Below are positions 6,629 to 6,659 of a stretch of DNA of 6,659 nucleotides, piece by piece. This DNA comes from a virus (Duplodnaviria; Heunggongvirae; Uroviricota; Caudoviricetes), in the IMG/VR virus record IMGVR_UViG_3300018467_000013; one strand, given 5' to 3'. Under the pieces are notes generated by a model. The model was not told the DNA's origin and did no database searches. It was given only the letters and a program-made list of their open reading frames with translations. The position numbers and the translations under genes were made by a program. Each line of letters begins with the position of its first letter. Position 1 is the first letter of the stretch.

Positions 6629-6659
6629 GATCGGAAGAGCACACGTCTGAACTCCAGTC
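6628..6659. other. Illumina TruSeq adapter sequence (technical artefact, not genomic)
   Basis: AGATCGGAAGAGCACACGTCTGAACTCCAGTC matches the standard TruSeq read-through adapter prefix exactly. Confidence 0.95.

Overview
The window runs from conserved chromosome into the left end of a tRNA-inserted integrative island. Positions 1-2259 hold the 3' part of the enterobacterial proline operon (proB C-terminus, complete proA) and the thrW tRNA-Thr(CGU) gene. The base composition drops immediately after the tRNA 3' CCA, where an arm-site-like repeat cluster is followed by a P4-family tyrosine integrase. Downstream lie an AT-rich orphan gene for an acidic 267-aa coiled-coil protein of unknown function, a helically phased array of near-palindromic 11-mers, an AlpA-family regulator and an AntA-type antirepressor-like protein. 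The orphan gene is my best candidate for an undescribed accessory function, possibly anti-phage defence or anti-defence, but I have no sequence evidence for a specific activity. The last ~750 bp are ambiguous: a forward ORF with a non-coding-looking 3' half conflicts with a coding-looking C-terminal fragment on the minus strand. The final 32 bases (6628-6659) are Illumina adapter, not biological sequence. All calls come from reading the sequence and ORF translations; no database search was run.
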